64,000 bases of DNA from Pseudomonadota bacterium. GTDB taxonomy: Bacteria > Pseudomonadota > Alphaproteobacteria > Paracaedibacterales > CAIOTO01. This document shows positions 52,039 to 63,345 of the stretch, one piece after another; within the stretch, counting starts at the first letter, position 1; each line of letters begins with the position of its first letter. Position numbers and translations under genes: made by a program. The notes under the pieces are model-generated. The model worked only from the letters and a program-made list of their open reading frames with translations. It ran no database searches and was not told the origin of the DNA. The stretch is taken from NCBI GenBank assembly GCA_040387495.1, contig JAZKDQ010000003.1, positions 1-64,000 of the forward strand. The letters run 5' to 3'.

Positions 52039-52858
52039 ATAACTGCTCGTTAAACTCAATCACACCCTGAAATACAATAGATGCCCTACCTCGTTGAATC
52101 AGGCAATCATCCTTAATTTCAATCGATAATGTACCACCGGCCTGGATAACAGTAATTGGCTGAGAACCATCAACGAGCCCACGAACAACGGCCGCAACGG
52201 CGGTTCCTGCGGCACCCGTACCACATGCTGGCGTTAACCCAACACCACGTTCCCACACAGTAAGGTGAATTGTATTTTGGCATACCTGTGTTGCAAAACT
52301 AACATTGGTCCCTGCAGAGAATACTGGCAACTTTTCAATCACAGCGCCCCATAATTCGGCGGATTCATCATCTTCAACAAATAAAACTACATGAGGATTA
52401 CCCACAACGATCATAACTGGTGCTGGGCTTGAATAATTTTGATACTCACCAAGATCAATTGTTGCATCAACAATCGGGGTCGGCAAAATCATTTCAATAA
52501 GCCCAATAGCATCATCAATCAAATTCGTCGTAATAAATCCACCGATTGACTGGAAATTAACTGTTTTAGTCACATTTTGTCGCATCCACCAAAGACCAAT
52601 GGTACGTGATCCATTTCCACAGCTTTCAGCTTCAGAACCATCCGCATTAAAAAACCGAATAAACATTGCGCATGTCGGGTCTTTTGGCTGGTCTACAAAA
52701 ATAACTTGATCGCACCCAATGCCAAGGCGCCTATTAGCTACTAAACGCGCAATATCAGCTAATGCCACCTTAGATAAATTACTCATCTCCTGCTCTTTCA
52801 AGAAAATGATAACAAAATCGTTGCCTAAAGCTTGGGCTTTTGTAAATGTAATTTTCAA
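52007..52858 (-). CDS. dapF: Diaminopimelate epimerase
   Basis: LGNDF, GIGCDQ, NADGSEAESCGNG, GNPH, WERGVGLTPACGTG. Confidence 0.96.
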   Translation of the reverse strand: MKITFTKAQALGNDFVIIFLKEQEMSNLSKVALADIARLVANRRLGIGCDQVIFVDQPKDPTCAMFIRFFNADGSEAESCGNGSRTIGLWWMRQNVTKTVNFQSIGGFITTNLIDDAIGLIEMILPTPIVDATIDLGEYQNYSSPAPVMIVVGNPHVVLFVEDDESAELWGAVIEKLPVFSAGTNVSFATQVCQNTIHLTVWERGVGLTPACGTGAAGTAVAAVVRGLVDGSQPITVIQAGGTLSIEIKDDCLIQRGRASIVFQGVIEFNEQLFMHLKHSIKP

Positions 52859-52863
52859 AGTAT

Positions 52864-53382
52864 CTACTTTTTTAGCTTCGCTAGCACATCAAATGGATTC
52901 TTCTTCGTTTCCATAATAGGCACATCGTTACTATCAAACCTAGGATAAGGATCGACACTCAATGACAAATACTGTGCGCCAATTTCCCCAAGGTCAATAA
53001 TCCCATCACTTGAAAATTCAAAATCTTCAAACTCTGAAAGTTCTAATTCGAACTCTTTTTCTTGTTTAGGGTGCACCACACGGAAACTAAACATATCATC
53101 AACTTCTTCGGGGATTTCTTTAAGTGTGACAGAACAACGCTGAGCAAGACTCGCCTTCATTGCACCAATAACTTTAAAGTCAATTGATTTTCCACCAAGG
53201 TGCGTAGCCGTATAGACAAACTCCAACGCATTCAACACAACAAAGTCAAAACGTTCTGCTAATTTTTTGCATTCCTCATCACTTGCCTTAATCGTATAGG
53301 GTGTTTTCATCTTTACCAGCCGCTCAAGTTCAACGATTCTACTTAGCTCAGGTGTGTGTGCTGCGGATATAATTTCTTCCAT
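52864..53382 (-). CDS. YceD/DUF177-family protein
   Basis: QRCSVTL, IDLGEIGAQYLSLSVDPYPR, NPFDVLAKLK. Confidence 0.88.
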   Translation of the reverse strand: MEEIISAAHTPELSRIVELERLVKMKTPYTIKASDEECKKLAERFDFVVLNALEFVYTATHLGGKSIDFKVIGAMKASLAQRCSVTLKEIPEEVDDMFSFRVVHPKQEKEFELELSEFEDFEFSSDGIIDLGEIGAQYLSLSVDPYPRFDSNDVPIMETKKNPFDVLAKLKK

Positions 53383-53597
53383 TTAAACTTCATATGTTGA
53401 TTGAATTTACTAGAACATAACATAAAATACACACCAAGCTTAAGAACTGTTTGCGCTTAACGTGCATTTTTAATTTTCAAAGTTCTGCTTAAGTCTGACT
53501 TTCTTGTAATTCATAATAAATTGCGATTTAAGGTTCTGAGATAAATGACGTAACAAGCACACAATGGAGCCTTTTAAAAAAAATATGTTAACACAAC

Positions 53598-53627
53598 AAA
53601 AAAAAGAGAGTCATTGCTGACTCCCTT
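53598..53627 (-). terminator. Intrinsic terminator of the PPIase gene
   Basis: GAGTCA-TTGC-TGACTC stem with an A run on + (U run on minus). Confidence 0.65.
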
Positions 53628-53662
53628 AATACTTAATATTTTATTAACGTTTTATATTTAAA

Positions 53663-55648
53663 TTATGCCGCTGGTGTTGCAGGCTTTGGTGCAGCCATAA
53701 CATTACCATCCATATCACGCATGACCACTTTCGCTTCTTCACGCAACTTCATCACAATTTTACCAGCCTCACGTTGAGAAACAGCTTGTGTTAGTTGTGG
53801 ACGAATTTCTTCAATTGATGGTGGCTGAACAGCACGTTTGTCTTCTACACGAATAACGCTGAAGCCATTGTCACCCAAAGCAACTGGCTCTGGAATCAAC
53901 GTTGCTTTTGGTGCTTTGAATAGAACATCAGCCAAATCAGAAGGCAATTGCTTTTTCGGGATATACCCTAGATCACCACCAGATTCTTTCGTATTTGGAT
54001 CGATTGTTTTAGCTTTAACGTATTCATTATCAAACTTGGCTTTACCACCTTTAAGTTCTTTCAAGATTGCAGTCGCTTCTTCTTTCGTCGCAACCATAAT
54101 GTGACGAATGCGAATTTCCATATCATCTTTAGGGAAAATCTTTTCGAATTCACGATATGCTTCTTTTAGCATCTCTGGTGTTATAACTTGCTCAAACTGC
54201 TTATCAAGGTACGCACGTTGGACGAGTCCTTTTTCTACTTGTTCTTGCTTGTCTTTCAAGTCCTTTGACTTTTCAAGACCTTCTTTTTTAGCAGCTTCAA
54301 TTAACAATTTTGTATCTGCTACACGCAAAACAAGTGGCTCGAACAATTGATGGAATGGTGACCCTTTAAGTTGCTCGGGGATACTTGCCATGCTATCACG
54401 TACTTGGCCAAGTGTAATCTTATCACCATTGGCAAAGACGCCAACAACCATTGAGTTATCCAAAGCCTTTTCATTTACACCAGAGAAATCTTTTTTCTCA
54501 ACTGGTTTCTTTTCCGGCTCTTTTCCACTTACATCAGGCATTGGCGGCAAGTCTGGTAATGGCATCGGCTTTCCATCAAGCCCAGTCAGCTGAAGTCCAG
54601 AATCACGACGCATCTTATCAACTACTGTTACAGCGTATTGTGGTGTTACAGCCTTTCTGATGTCAGCTTTGATTTTTTCAAATTCAGGTGGCTGAATTGG
54701 GCGCCTGTCTTTAATAAAGAATACGCTATATCCTTGATCAAATATTTTAAGCACTTGTGGTACCAATGTACCTTTTGCAGTCTTAAACAACTCTTCGTTC
54801 TTAATATCGGCTTTACGAACCCAACCAATATTTCCCTTATTTGCTTTCGTGCTTGAATCTACTGATTTAGCAAGAACCATTTCATTGAATTTAGCCTCAA
54901 GATTACGACCAGCAGATGATAATTCTTTCAACGCTTTCTCAGCATTTTCTTTACTATCAAATAAGATATGACTTACTTCTGATTCCATTTCATCTTTAGG
55001 CAATAATTTAAGCAACTCATTATACTTACTGCGTAAAATATCATCTGTAATGAGCTTATCAATTTCTTTATCTAGATACGCTTTTTGTAACAAGAGTTCT
55101 TTTGCATCAACAATACGTTTTAATGCTTCAGGATTTTTATCAAATCCACCTTTAATAGCTGCATCTAACAAAACTTTGCTGTCTACCAAGCGATTTAACA
55201 AACTTACATAAAGTTTAGAAAAGGGTGCATCGCGGGATTTTGCTGGTAGCTGCGTCATAAGATCTTGAACTTCTTTAAACTTAATGACAGTTCCATCAGC
55301 AAATGTTGCAACAGGACGGTTCATATCTGATGAATTTACAGATTCATTTCCAACTGTTGGCGCTTCTTTTTGCTCAACTTTTTCAGCTGCAGGTGCTGCA
55401 TCCTTCTTGTCATCTTTTGGTAAAGCAACTGCTGTAGTGGACTCAGATTCTTTTGCTTTATCTTTGGTTGGTGCTGCTACTGTTGTTGTAGCCTCTTTTA
55501 ATGAATCTTTTTTTTCCACAACATCCTTTGTTGCGTCTTTTTTACTTTGTGTTCCCATAAAGGAATTTTTATTGTAAACAATCGCTCCGATTGCCGCTAC
55601 TCCAATGGAGATCATTAGAGCTTTCTTGTAAACTGATATTTTTGTCAT
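53663..55648 (-). CDS. PrsA-like parvulin foldase, whole module duplicated in tandem
   Basis: N-terminal anchor; two units each with VA/VG-x-FAxG, LxQ(K/R)AYLDK, SHIL/RHIM, GNIGW/GDLGY and R-x-x-QPP; divergent from secA. Confidence 0.88.
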   Translation of the reverse strand: MTKISVYKKALMISIGVAAIGAIVYNKNSFMGTQSKKDATKDVVEKKDSLKEATTTVAAPTKDKAKESESTTAVALPKDDKKDAAPAAEKVEQKEAPTVGNESVNSSDMNRPVATFADGTVIKFKEVQDLMTQLPAKSRDAPFSKLYVSLLNRLVDSKVLLDAAIKGGFDKNPEALKRIVDAKELLLQKAYLDKEIDKLITDDILRSKYNELLKLLPKDEMESEVSHILFDSKENAEKALKELSSAGRNLEAKFNEMVLAKSVDSSTKANKGNIGWVRKADIKNEELFKTAKGTLVPQVLKIFDQGYSVFFIKDRRPIQPPEFEKIKADIRKAVTPQYAVTVVDKMRRDSGLQLTGLDGKPMPLPDLPPMPDVSGKEPEKKPVEKKDFSGVNEKALDNSMVVGVFANGDKITLGQVRDSMASIPEQLKGSPFHQLFEPLVLRVADTKLLIEAAKKEGLEKSKDLKDKQEQVEKGLVQRAYLDKQFEQVITPEMLKEAYREFEKIFPKDDMEIRIRHIMVATKEEATAILKELKGGKAKFDNEYVKAKTIDPNTKESGGDLGYIPKKQLPSDLADVLFKAPKATLIPEPVALGDNGFSVIRVEDKRAVQPPSIEEIRPQLTQAVSQREAGKIVMKLREEAKVVMRDMDGNVMAAPKPATPAA

Positions 55649-55871
55649 TGTGGACCAATATCCTCTCTGGCTTGAAATGTTTATAGTGCTGATTATAGCA
55701 ACTCAAAATACATTTCTGCGAGTTAAATTTGCGTAATTACTAGAATTTTTTACATTTTTAGGCTAACCTAATTATAACTAGGTATGTTTACCACCATTTT
55801 TAGATGGTTATATATAAATTTTATTCCTTGTGGGATACCCTCACAAGGTCTTTTAGCTTGAGGTTAGTGTT

Positions 55872-58613
55872 ATGATTGCAACGTTAGTGCAAAAAATTTT
55901 TGGTTCAGCGAATGATCGCTTCATAAAAAAATATACACGCATTGTTCAGCAAGTAAATCAATTGGAAAATGATTTTATTGCAATGAGCGAAGAACAACTC
56001 AAAGCAAAAACAAATGAATTTAAAGAACGTTATAAAAAAGGGGAATCACTCGAGAAACTTCTTCCCGAAGCGTTTGCAACCGTTCGCGAAGCATCAAAAC
56101 GTGCTCTTGGTATGCGCCCTTTTGATGTCCAGCTAATTGGTGGCATGGTTTTAAATCAAGGTATGATTACGGAAATGCGCACAGGTGAAGGAAAAACTCT
56201 CGTCGCAACACTCCCTGTCTATCTCAATGCGATTACAGGCAAAGGTGTTCACGTTGTTACCGTCAATGATTACCTGGCAAAACGTGACTCTAGCTGGATG
56301 GGCATTTTATATAACTACTTAGGTTTATCCGTTGGATGCATCATTCATGGGATTAATGATGCTGAACGCCGTGAAATGTACGCATGTGACATAACCTATG
56401 GAACAAACCATGAATTTGGTTTTGATTATTTACGCGACAACATGAAATTCCGCATGGATGAAATGGTCATGCGCCCGTTTAATTTTGCCATTGTCGACGA
56501 ATGCGATAGCATCTTAATTGACGAAGCAAGAACGCCTCTTATTATTTCAGGTTCTGCTGAAGATTCATCTGAAAGCTACAATAGTATTAATGCGCTTATT
56601 GCTATTTTAACTGATGAAGATTTTGAAAAAGACGAAAAACAACGATCTGTGACATTAACTGAAGCAGGTGTCGAAAAGATAGAAAAACTGCTTATCCAAA
56701 AGAATCTTATAAAAGGCACTAGCCTCTATGATGTGCAAAATATTGCAGTTGTTCACCACGTCAATGCAGCACTCAAAGCACATAAATTATTTGCGCGAGA
56801 CGTAGACTACATTGTAAAAGATGACAAAGTCATCATCATTGATGAATTCACTGGCCGTATGATGGAAGGTCGCCGTTATTCTGATGGCCTTCACCAAGCG
56901 CTTGAAGCCAAAGAAAATGTTACAGTTGAGATGGAAAACCAGACGTTGGCATCTGTTACTTACCAAAATTTTTTCAGACTCTACCCAAAAATGGCAGGTA
57001 TGACTGGCACAGCAATAACTGAGTCTGTTGAGTTTGAAGAAATATATAACCTTAGTCCTGTTGATGTGCCAACAAATGTGACAATCGCCCGTATTGACCA
57101 TGACGATGAAATTTTCTTAACAGCAAAAGAAAAATATGATGCTGTGCTCAAACAAATCTGTGAATGCTATGAACGCAAGCAACCTGTACTCGTTGGAACG
57201 ACAAGCATTGAAAAATCAGAATTTATCTCAGATTTCCTTAAAAAATCTAAGATCCCTCACCAAGTTCTAAATGCACGTTATCATGAACAAGAAGCATATA
57301 TTATCGCAGATGCTGGCCGCACAGGTGCCGTAACAATTGCAACCAACATGGCGGGTCGTGGTACAGACATTAAATTAGGCGGAAACGTTGATATGCGGGT
57401 AGAGCGAGAACTTGCAGAAGTTGTGGAAGGTGAAAATCGCGATCGTTTAATTGAAGAAATAAAACGTGATGTGGCAGCAGACCAACTTCGTGTTAAAGAA
57501 GCCGGTGGTTTATTTGTAATTGGTACAGAGCGTCACGAAAGCCGTCGTATTGACAATCAGCTCCGTGGTCGTTCAGGCCGTCAGGGTGACCCAGGAGCTT
57601 CACGTTTCTATATTTCACTTGAAGATGACCTCATGCGTATTTTTGGCTCCCAAAAACTCGATGTTATGCTCCGTAAACTAGGTGTTGAAGAAGGCGAAGC
57701 TATTTCGCATCAATGGATTAACAAAGCGCTCGAACGTGCACAACAAAAAGTTGAAGCACGTAACTTTGACATTCGTAAACATCTTCTTCGTTATGATGAC
57801 GTCATGAATGATCAACGTAAAATCATTTACGAGCAACGACGTGAACTAATGAATGCTGATGACATTTCAGAAATGATATCCAGTATGCGTGAAGAGATAA
57901 TTCACGATTGTGTTGATGCACATATCCCTGACAATTCATTACCAGAACAGTGGGACATTCAAGGATTACATGCAGAATGCATTCGCCTGTTTTCCCTTAA
58001 TATCGATATGCAAAAATGGATTGATGATGACGGTATTTCAGCGCTCGATGTAAAGAAACGCATTAACGCTCTCCATATAGAGCTTTTAAAAGCAAAAGAA
58101 GAGCAATTTGGAGCATCGATGATTCGCATGTCAGAACGGACATTGCTGCTACGTATACTAGACCAAGCATGGAAGGATCACTTACTATCACTGGATCATC
58201 TGCGCCAGGGTATTAATCTTCGTGCTTATGCTCAGGGCAACCCTTTGAATGAATACAAACGCGAAGCATACAATCTTTTCGTCTTTATGATGGGCCGCGT
58301 GAAAGCTGAGTTAATATCAGCTCTCTCACATTTTGAATTATCTTTACCTGAAGGTTTAAGCCTAGAAAGAGCTTTAGCACCTAATTTAGATTTTGATTCG
58401 ATGATTGAACAAATGCCTAATTGGGCAACAGAATTTGACGGAAATGAATCGATTGAATTAAATCAGAATTTACTTACTCTCAATGCAAGTCCAGCAAAAG
58501 GTGAGATAGATCCAGCTAACCCAGCGACTTGGGGTCGCGTATTACGCAATGCGGACTGCCCATGCGGTTCCGGCAAAAAATACAAGCATTGTCATGGTGC
58601 GGTCGAAGGATAA
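55872..58613 (+). CDS. secA: Protein translocase subunit SecA
   Basis: [38 protein letters not shown]-terminal [14 protein letters not shown]. Confidence 0.99.
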   Translation: MIATLVQKIFGSANDRFIKKYTRIVQQVNQLENDFIAMSEEQLKAKTNEFKERYKKGESLEKLLPEAFATVREASKRALGMRPFDVQLIGGMVLNQGMITEMRTGEGKTLVATLPVYLNAITGKGVHVVTVNDYLAKRDSSWMGILYNYLGLSVGCIIHGINDAERREMYACDITYGTNHEFGFDYLRDNMKFRMDEMVMRPFNFAIVDECDSILIDEARTPLIISGSAEDSSESYNSINALIAILTDEDFEKDEKQRSVTLTEAGVEKIEKLLIQKNLIKGTSLYDVQNIAVVHHVNAALKAHKLFARDVDYIVKDDKVIIIDEFTGRMMEGRRYSDGLHQALEAKENVTVEMENQTLASVTYQNFFRLYPKMAGMTGTAITESVEFEEIYNLSPVDVPTNVTIARIDHDDEIFLTAKEKYDAVLKQICECYERKQPVLVGTTSIEKSEFISDFLKKSKIPHQVLNARYHEQEAYIIADAGRTGAVTIATNMAGRGTDIKLGGNVDMRVERELAEVVEGENRDRLIEEIKRDVAADQLRVKEAGGLFVIGTERHESRRIDNQLRGRSGRQGDPGASRFYISLEDDLMRIFGSQKLDVMLRKLGVEEGEAISHQWINKALERAQQKVEARNFDIRKHLLRYDDVMNDQRKIIYEQRRELMNADDISEMISSMREEIIHDCVDAHIPDNSLPEQWDIQGLHAECIRLFSLNIDMQKWIDDDGISALDVKKRINALHIELLKAKEEQFGASMIRMSERTLLLRILDQAWKDHLLSLDHLRQGINLRAYAQGNPLNEYKREAYNLFVFMMGRVKAELISALSHFELSLPEGLSLERALAPNLDFDSMIEQMPNWATEFDGNESIELNQNLLTLNASPAKGEIDPANPATWGRVLRNADCPCGSGKKYKHCHGAVEG

Positions 58614-58637
58614 ACCAATAAATTTAAATCTAAAAAT

Positions 58638-58672
58638 AAAACATTCTTGCCCAAAAGCAGGGATGTTTTTTT
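58638..58672 (+). terminator. Intrinsic terminator after secA
   Basis: AAAACATTCTTGC-CCAAAA-GCAGGGATGTTTTTTT. Confidence 0.75.
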
Positions 58673-58775
58673 ATGCTCAAATGCAATATAGTTTTTTTTA
58701 AACACTTTTATCACAAAATCTGCTTTAATTAAATTGACTTTATAATCTATTAAATTTACCAGGAGCCCTTTTACG

Positions 58776-59846
58776 ATGAAAAAGCTAAAGCTATCCCCCA
58801 TTAACTATATGATTTTATCATTAGGATTTTTGTTTCTCTTATGGTTTGTAAAAGAAAATATATCAATAAAACCAAAAACACATATTACCCACAATGGAAC
58901 TCTTTCCTGTTTTAATGACACTGAAAAGAAGGATGAAAAAATCACATGTGAATTATCAAGTGCTGCTCGCTTTGGTAATTATATCGTTATTGGAAATGAT
59001 AAAGCAAAAGATGAGGTTTTGTTCTACAAAATTGCAACCCTCAGACAACAGCCTTACCAACGAAAGGTAACGCCTGCAATCAAAGTAAAACTAGAACCCA
59101 CCTATCAAATTAAAAAAATTGAATCAACATCAATTTTCAAAGACTGGATTATTATGTTTGGGTCTTATGACAGAAAAATCGATCCTTTATACATGAAAAT
59201 TATAGCTCTTAAGTTTAATGAACAGACAAAAACAGCCAGTGAATTCCATATTGTTGCAGGACCCGAGCTTTACAATGTTTTTAAGAAAATCATAGGAACT
59301 TCCACTACAAATGGTGTGGATTATTTTAAAATAGAAGCTTCGGCAATTGTACCCAAACCAGGTGATGAAACCCAATCTGTACTTCTCCTTGGTGTTCGTG
59401 AAGATGGAAAAAGCTATAAAGAAGGTGAAAATCAGAGTGCTACAAAAATTATTTCTGTAAGCATTAATGAAAAAGATGGGAAGATTATTTTAGGGACTGA
59501 CTGGAAATTAATTTACAATCGCGAGCATGCACAAGATTTTGGAATTTCAAGTCTTGAATATAATCCTGATGATAAATTCTTGTATGTTCTTCTTGCCTAT
59601 GAAAAAGGAAAATCTTTTTCTGGAAAGTTACTACGAACGCGTTTACCTGAATTATTTAACAACAAGCCTCTTGAATCCGTTGATGAAGTATCATTTAAGA
59701 ATCACAAGCCAGAAGGAATAGCGTATTTAGGTAATAATGAATATTTTGTTGTCGCTGATGACGACAGGGATGAAACACCATTACCTGATGGGAAACGTGA
59801 TGTAAATGAAGCCGCTTATTGGATTATTAATCGAAAAAATAAATAA
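58776..59846 (+). CDS. Membrane-anchored protein, probable beta-propeller
   Basis: N-terminal hydrophobic helix; blade-like motifs ELSSAA, KIEST, KIEASA, GISSLEY, KPEGIAY...VVADDD. Confidence 0.65.
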   Translation: MKKLKLSPINYMILSLGFLFLLWFVKENISIKPKTHITHNGTLSCFNDTEKKDEKITCELSSAARFGNYIVIGNDKAKDEVLFYKIATLRQQPYQRKVTPAIKVKLEPTYQIKKIESTSIFKDWIIMFGSYDRKIDPLYMKIIALKFNEQTKTASEFHIVAGPELYNVFKKIIGTSTTNGVDYFKIEASAIVPKPGDETQSVLLLGVREDGKSYKEGENQSATKIISVSINEKDGKIILGTDWKLIYNREHAQDFGISSLEYNPDDKFLYVLLAYEKGKSFSGKLLRTRLPELFNNKPLESVDEVSFKNHKPEGIAYLGNNEYFVVADDDRDETPLPDGKRDVNEAAYWIINRKNK

Positions 59847-60928
59847 TGAAATCACCTCATACGTCTATCAATCAAATTTCACCTTACGTCGCAGGCAACG
59901 TTGTCCCGAAAGACTTTATTTTTCACCACAATCTAGCATCAAATGAAAACCCATTTGGTGCTAGCCCTGCCGTACACACTGCAATTATGTCTTTTATACA
60001 ATCAAATACGCATACCTATCCTGATAGTAACGCCATAAGATTACGCACGAAATTATCAGAAACATTTAACATCCCGGCACACAATATTTTATGTGGATGC
60101 GGCAGTGAAGAGTTATTGCATCTTGTTGCCCGAGCATATCTATCACCAGGTGATGAGGTTATTATCCCTCAATATGGATTTAGTGTTTACAACATAGCTG
60201 TACTAAGTGCCTCTGCAATTCCAATTTTTGTAGAGCGAGAAGGCGAGAATAAGTTTCTTACTGTTTCATCAATCATCGCCGCTATAACTCCTAAAACACT
60301 GATGCTTTATCTTGATCACCCAGGCAATCCCATTGGAAATTTTCTAGATCGCGAAGCGCTTACAACCCTCATTAAGACCATACCAACTACAATCATGATT
60401 GTTCTTGATGCGGCCTACGCTGAATACATAAATACTCAAGAATCCTATATAGCAGGCCATGAGTTTATTGAAAAGCACCCTAATGTCGTTGTGACACGCT
60501 CTTTTTCAAAGGCCTACGGGCTCGCTGGTGTTAGGCTTGGATGGATGCATGCAGCTGATACAGTCATCGATGCTGTCAATCGCATACGCGCACCATTCAA
60601 CACGTCATCTCTCGCGCAACATGCAGGCATAGCCGCACTTAACGACCTAGCATTTGTTGATAATACAATCGTACATACACATGAATGGCGAAAGAAACTA
60701 GAGGTGGCATTAGACACAAGCGGAATATCTTATATTCCTTGCTGCGCAAATTTCACACTTGTGCATATACCAGGTCGAGCGACAGAATTTTATCACACAT
60801 TAGGACAAAATGGGATCATCGTACGCCCAATGACAATGTATAAATTAATAGACCATTTGCGTATATCAATTGGCACAGATGAAGCAATGATGGCCTTACT
60901 TGAACAAATCTATTTATTCAGCAAATAA
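59846..60928 (+). CDS. hisC: Histidinol-phosphate/aromatic aminotransferase (PLP-dependent)
   Basis: LASNENPFG, YPD, DAAYAEY, RSFSKAYGLAGVRLGW, LRISIGT. Confidence 0.9.
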   Translation: MKSPHTSINQISPYVAGNVVPKDFIFHHNLASNENPFGASPAVHTAIMSFIQSNTHTYPDSNAIRLRTKLSETFNIPAHNILCGCGSEELLHLVARAYLSPGDEVIIPQYGFSVYNIAVLSASAIPIFVEREGENKFLTVSSIIAAITPKTLMLYLDHPGNPIGNFLDREALTTLIKTIPTTIMIVLDAAYAEYINTQESYIAGHEFIEKHPNVVVTRSFSKAYGLAGVRLGWMHAADTVIDAVNRIRAPFNTSSLAQHAGIAALNDLAFVDNTIVHTHEWRKKLEVALDTSGISYIPCCANFTLVHIPGRATEFYHTLGQNGIIVRPMTMYKLIDHLRISIGTDEAMMALLEQIYLFSK

Positions 60929-61024
60929 AAAAATCTCAATTAATCATATTTTAATACTATTGCGTCATTGTAATATTAAGTATTGGTATAAAATAATAAT
61001 TTATGATTTTAGATTTAATTAATA

Positions 61025-61501
61025 ATGAAAATTTTGCATCGAACAAAAAACTGTTTATGCATGATAACAATGCTGCTTTCCACCATGTCTAAAGATGTAT
61101 TGCTAATCCGCTCTAATCAGCACCATCTTGCGGTGCCTACTGATCGATTGCTCGAAATTGTTAATCTTAAAGATTATCATGCGAAACAACAAGTGAACCT
61201 TGCAGCGCCATCCCCTAGCCATAATCCAGATCAATACAGACTTTGGCGTAATCATCTGTTGCCAGTGTTGAATCTTGGTCATTTTCTTGAACCTGCAGCA
61301 CAAAAACAAGAATGTCAATTTGGACTTGTTTATCAAGCGTCTGACCATGAAAGACTCTATTTGGATATTGATCATGTATTTGGCATAACTCACATAGATA
61401 CAAGCAAAATGCGGCCTGTCTATGCGTCTCAAAATAACATTGAGACGACAAACTTAACTCCAGAAAAGTATGCTTTAGCATTCGTTCTAGAAGTTAATTA
61501 A
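61025..61501 (+). CDS. CheW-like domain protein (divergent; start may be later)
   Basis: LAVPTDRLLEIV, WRNHLLPVLNLGHFL, LDIDHVFGI follow the CheW pattern. Confidence 0.6.
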   Translation: MKILHRTKNCLCMITMLLSTMSKDVLLIRSNQHHLAVPTDRLLEIVNLKDYHAKQQVNLAAPSPSHNPDQYRLWRNHLLPVLNLGHFLEPAAQKQECQFGLVYQASDHERLYLDIDHVFGITHIDTSKMRPVYASQNNIETTNLTPEKYALAFVLEVN

Positions 61502-61679
61502 TAAATTAATTAATTAACAACAGGGTAAAAAAACCTTCTTGTTAAAATTTAGATCAGATTAGAAACGTATATAAACTCATGTTTCATTTGTTTCAAGGCA
61601 CACATTTTCAAAAACAAAACTTGCCTTATTCGCAAAAGCAGTTTAGAAAATAGATGGGCCTATCACATTAAAAAGAAAC

Positions 61680-62630
61680 ATGACAAAGTTTTTAGATTTT
61701 GAAAAACCAATTGCGGACCTTGAAGGTAAAATAGAAGAATTGCGCCATATCTCTGGACGCGACATTAATATAGTTGATGAAGTTGCACGTCTGCAAAACA
61801 AAGCAGATCGTATGCTTCGCCAAACATATCAAACACTTACTGCATGGCAAAAAGTTCAAGTTGCACGTCACCCTGACCGTCCAAAATTTTTTGACTACCT
61901 TGATATGCTGGTAGATGATTTCATGCCCTTATCTGGCGACCGCGTTTTTGGTGAAGACTGCGCCATCATTGGTGGCTTTGGTAAACTATTAGGCCGCTCA
62001 GTTATGATCATTGGCCAGCAAAAAGGTCACGATACTGAATCTCGTGTTAAACACAACTTTGGCATGCCAAAACCGGAAGGTTACCGCAAAGCACAACGAC
62101 TTATGCGCCTTGCTGACCGATTCAATCTTCCTGTTATTACTTTTGTCGATACAGCCGGTGCATTTCCTGGCATAGAAGCTGAAGAGCGCGGTCAAGCAGA
62201 GGCGATTGCAAGCTGCATATCTGTTTGTCTTGATATAAAAGTTCCATTGCTTACCGTTATTATCGGTGAAGGTGGTTCTGGTGGCGCAATTGCTATTGCT
62301 GCTGCCAATACAATTCTAATGCTTGAACATGCTGTTTACGCTGTTATATCCCCCGAAGGCTGTGCATCCATTTTATGGAGAAGCGCGAGCAAAGCACCTG
62401 AAGCCGCTGAAGCACAAAAATTAACTGCACAAGATTTGATTCAGCTAGGTGTCATAGACAAAATTATTCCAGAACCCGTTGGAGGCGCGCATCGACACAA
62501 AGCTGCAATTCTACGTCAAGTAAAAGAAACCATTGAAGGTGCACTTGTGCCGCTTATGGCAATTGATGGGAATCAGTTACGCGAAGCTCGTAGAGATAAA
62601 TTTATTAAAATGGGGCAAAAAGGGCTGTAG
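61680..62630 (+). CDS. accA: Acetyl-CoA carboxylase carboxyltransferase alpha subunit
   Basis: FLDFEKPI, ARHPDRP, FGMPKPEGYRKA, GEGGSGGA, VISPEGCASILW. Confidence 0.98.
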   Translation: MTKFLDFEKPIADLEGKIEELRHISGRDINIVDEVARLQNKADRMLRQTYQTLTAWQKVQVARHPDRPKFFDYLDMLVDDFMPLSGDRVFGEDCAIIGGFGKLLGRSVMIIGQQKGHDTESRVKHNFGMPKPEGYRKAQRLMRLADRFNLPVITFVDTAGAFPGIEAEERGQAEAIASCISVCLDIKVPLLTVIIGEGGSGGAIAIAAANTILMLEHAVYAVISPEGCASILWRSASKAPEAAEAQKLTAQDLIQLGVIDKIIPEPVGGAHRHKAAILRQVKETIEGALVPLMAIDGNQLREARRDKFIKMGQKGL

Positions 62631-62680
62631 TTCTTTGCATATGCGTAAACTATGCATTTAGAATTAAGTCATTACAAACT

Positions 62681-62762
62681 CCGTCATTACAAGAAGTCAA
62701 AAAACAACGTTGTAATCCATACTGTTTTCTAGATTGCAGCGCTCTACGAGGCTCCGATGACA
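62681..62762. repeat. Degenerate palindromic repeat, family A
   Basis: CCGTCATTACAAG...CGTTGTAATC...AGATTGCAGCG...GATGAC. Confidence 0.5.
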
Positions 62763-62804
62763 GCAAGACGTTGATCATAATACTTAAATAATTAACCTGC
62801 AAAA

Positions 62805-63335
62805 ATGAATCTAATCATGAAAAAAAATAAAACTACAAACAGCACACTTAATAAAATAAAATTTACACTACCGATCATTATAGGCACACTTGCATGTGAT
62901 CAATTAACAAAACTCATCATCCTTTACACACTTGTAAAAAATCAAGTGGTTCATGTTTTTTCTTTTTTTAATTTTGTTCTTGTATTTAACACAGGTGTTA
63001 GTTTTGGCATGTTTCAATCGAATGGCATGTTAGGGTTTTGGATTTTAATTCTAATTGCGTTAAGCCTTTGCATATGGCTGTGTTATATCATTGGTCAAAG
63101 CAATGATCGCATCGAACATATTTCATACAGCCTCATTATTGGTGGCGCGCTTGGAAATATACTAGATCGTTTTTTATACGGGGGCGTCGTTGATTTTCTA
63201 CAATTTCACATAAAAAAATATTATTGGCCATCATTTAACGTAGCAGATTCAGCTATTGTTGTTGGTGTGGCTCTTGTATTAGGGATCCAAACATGGCATT
63301 CTTTTAAAAAATCGACCAAAAATATAACTAGATAG
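62805..63335 (+). CDS. lspA: Lipoprotein signal peptidase II
   Basis: DQLTK, NTGVSFG, GGALGNILDR, VVDF, FNVADSAI. Confidence 0.97.
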   Translation: MNLIMKKNKTTNSTLNKIKFTLPIIIGTLACDQLTKLIILYTLVKNQVVHVFSFFNFVLVFNTGVSFGMFQSNGMLGFWILILIALSLCIWLCYIIGQSNDRIEHISYSLIIGGALGNILDRFLYGGVVDFLQFHIKKYYWPSFNVADSAIVVGVALVLGIQTWHSFKKSTKNITR

Positions 63336-63345
63336 TAGGGTATTT

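Noticed and set aside
53633..53647. TTAA-N7-TTAA as a functional CtrA site
   Set aside because: Lies between a stop codon and its terminator in very AT-rich sequence; treated as a chance match
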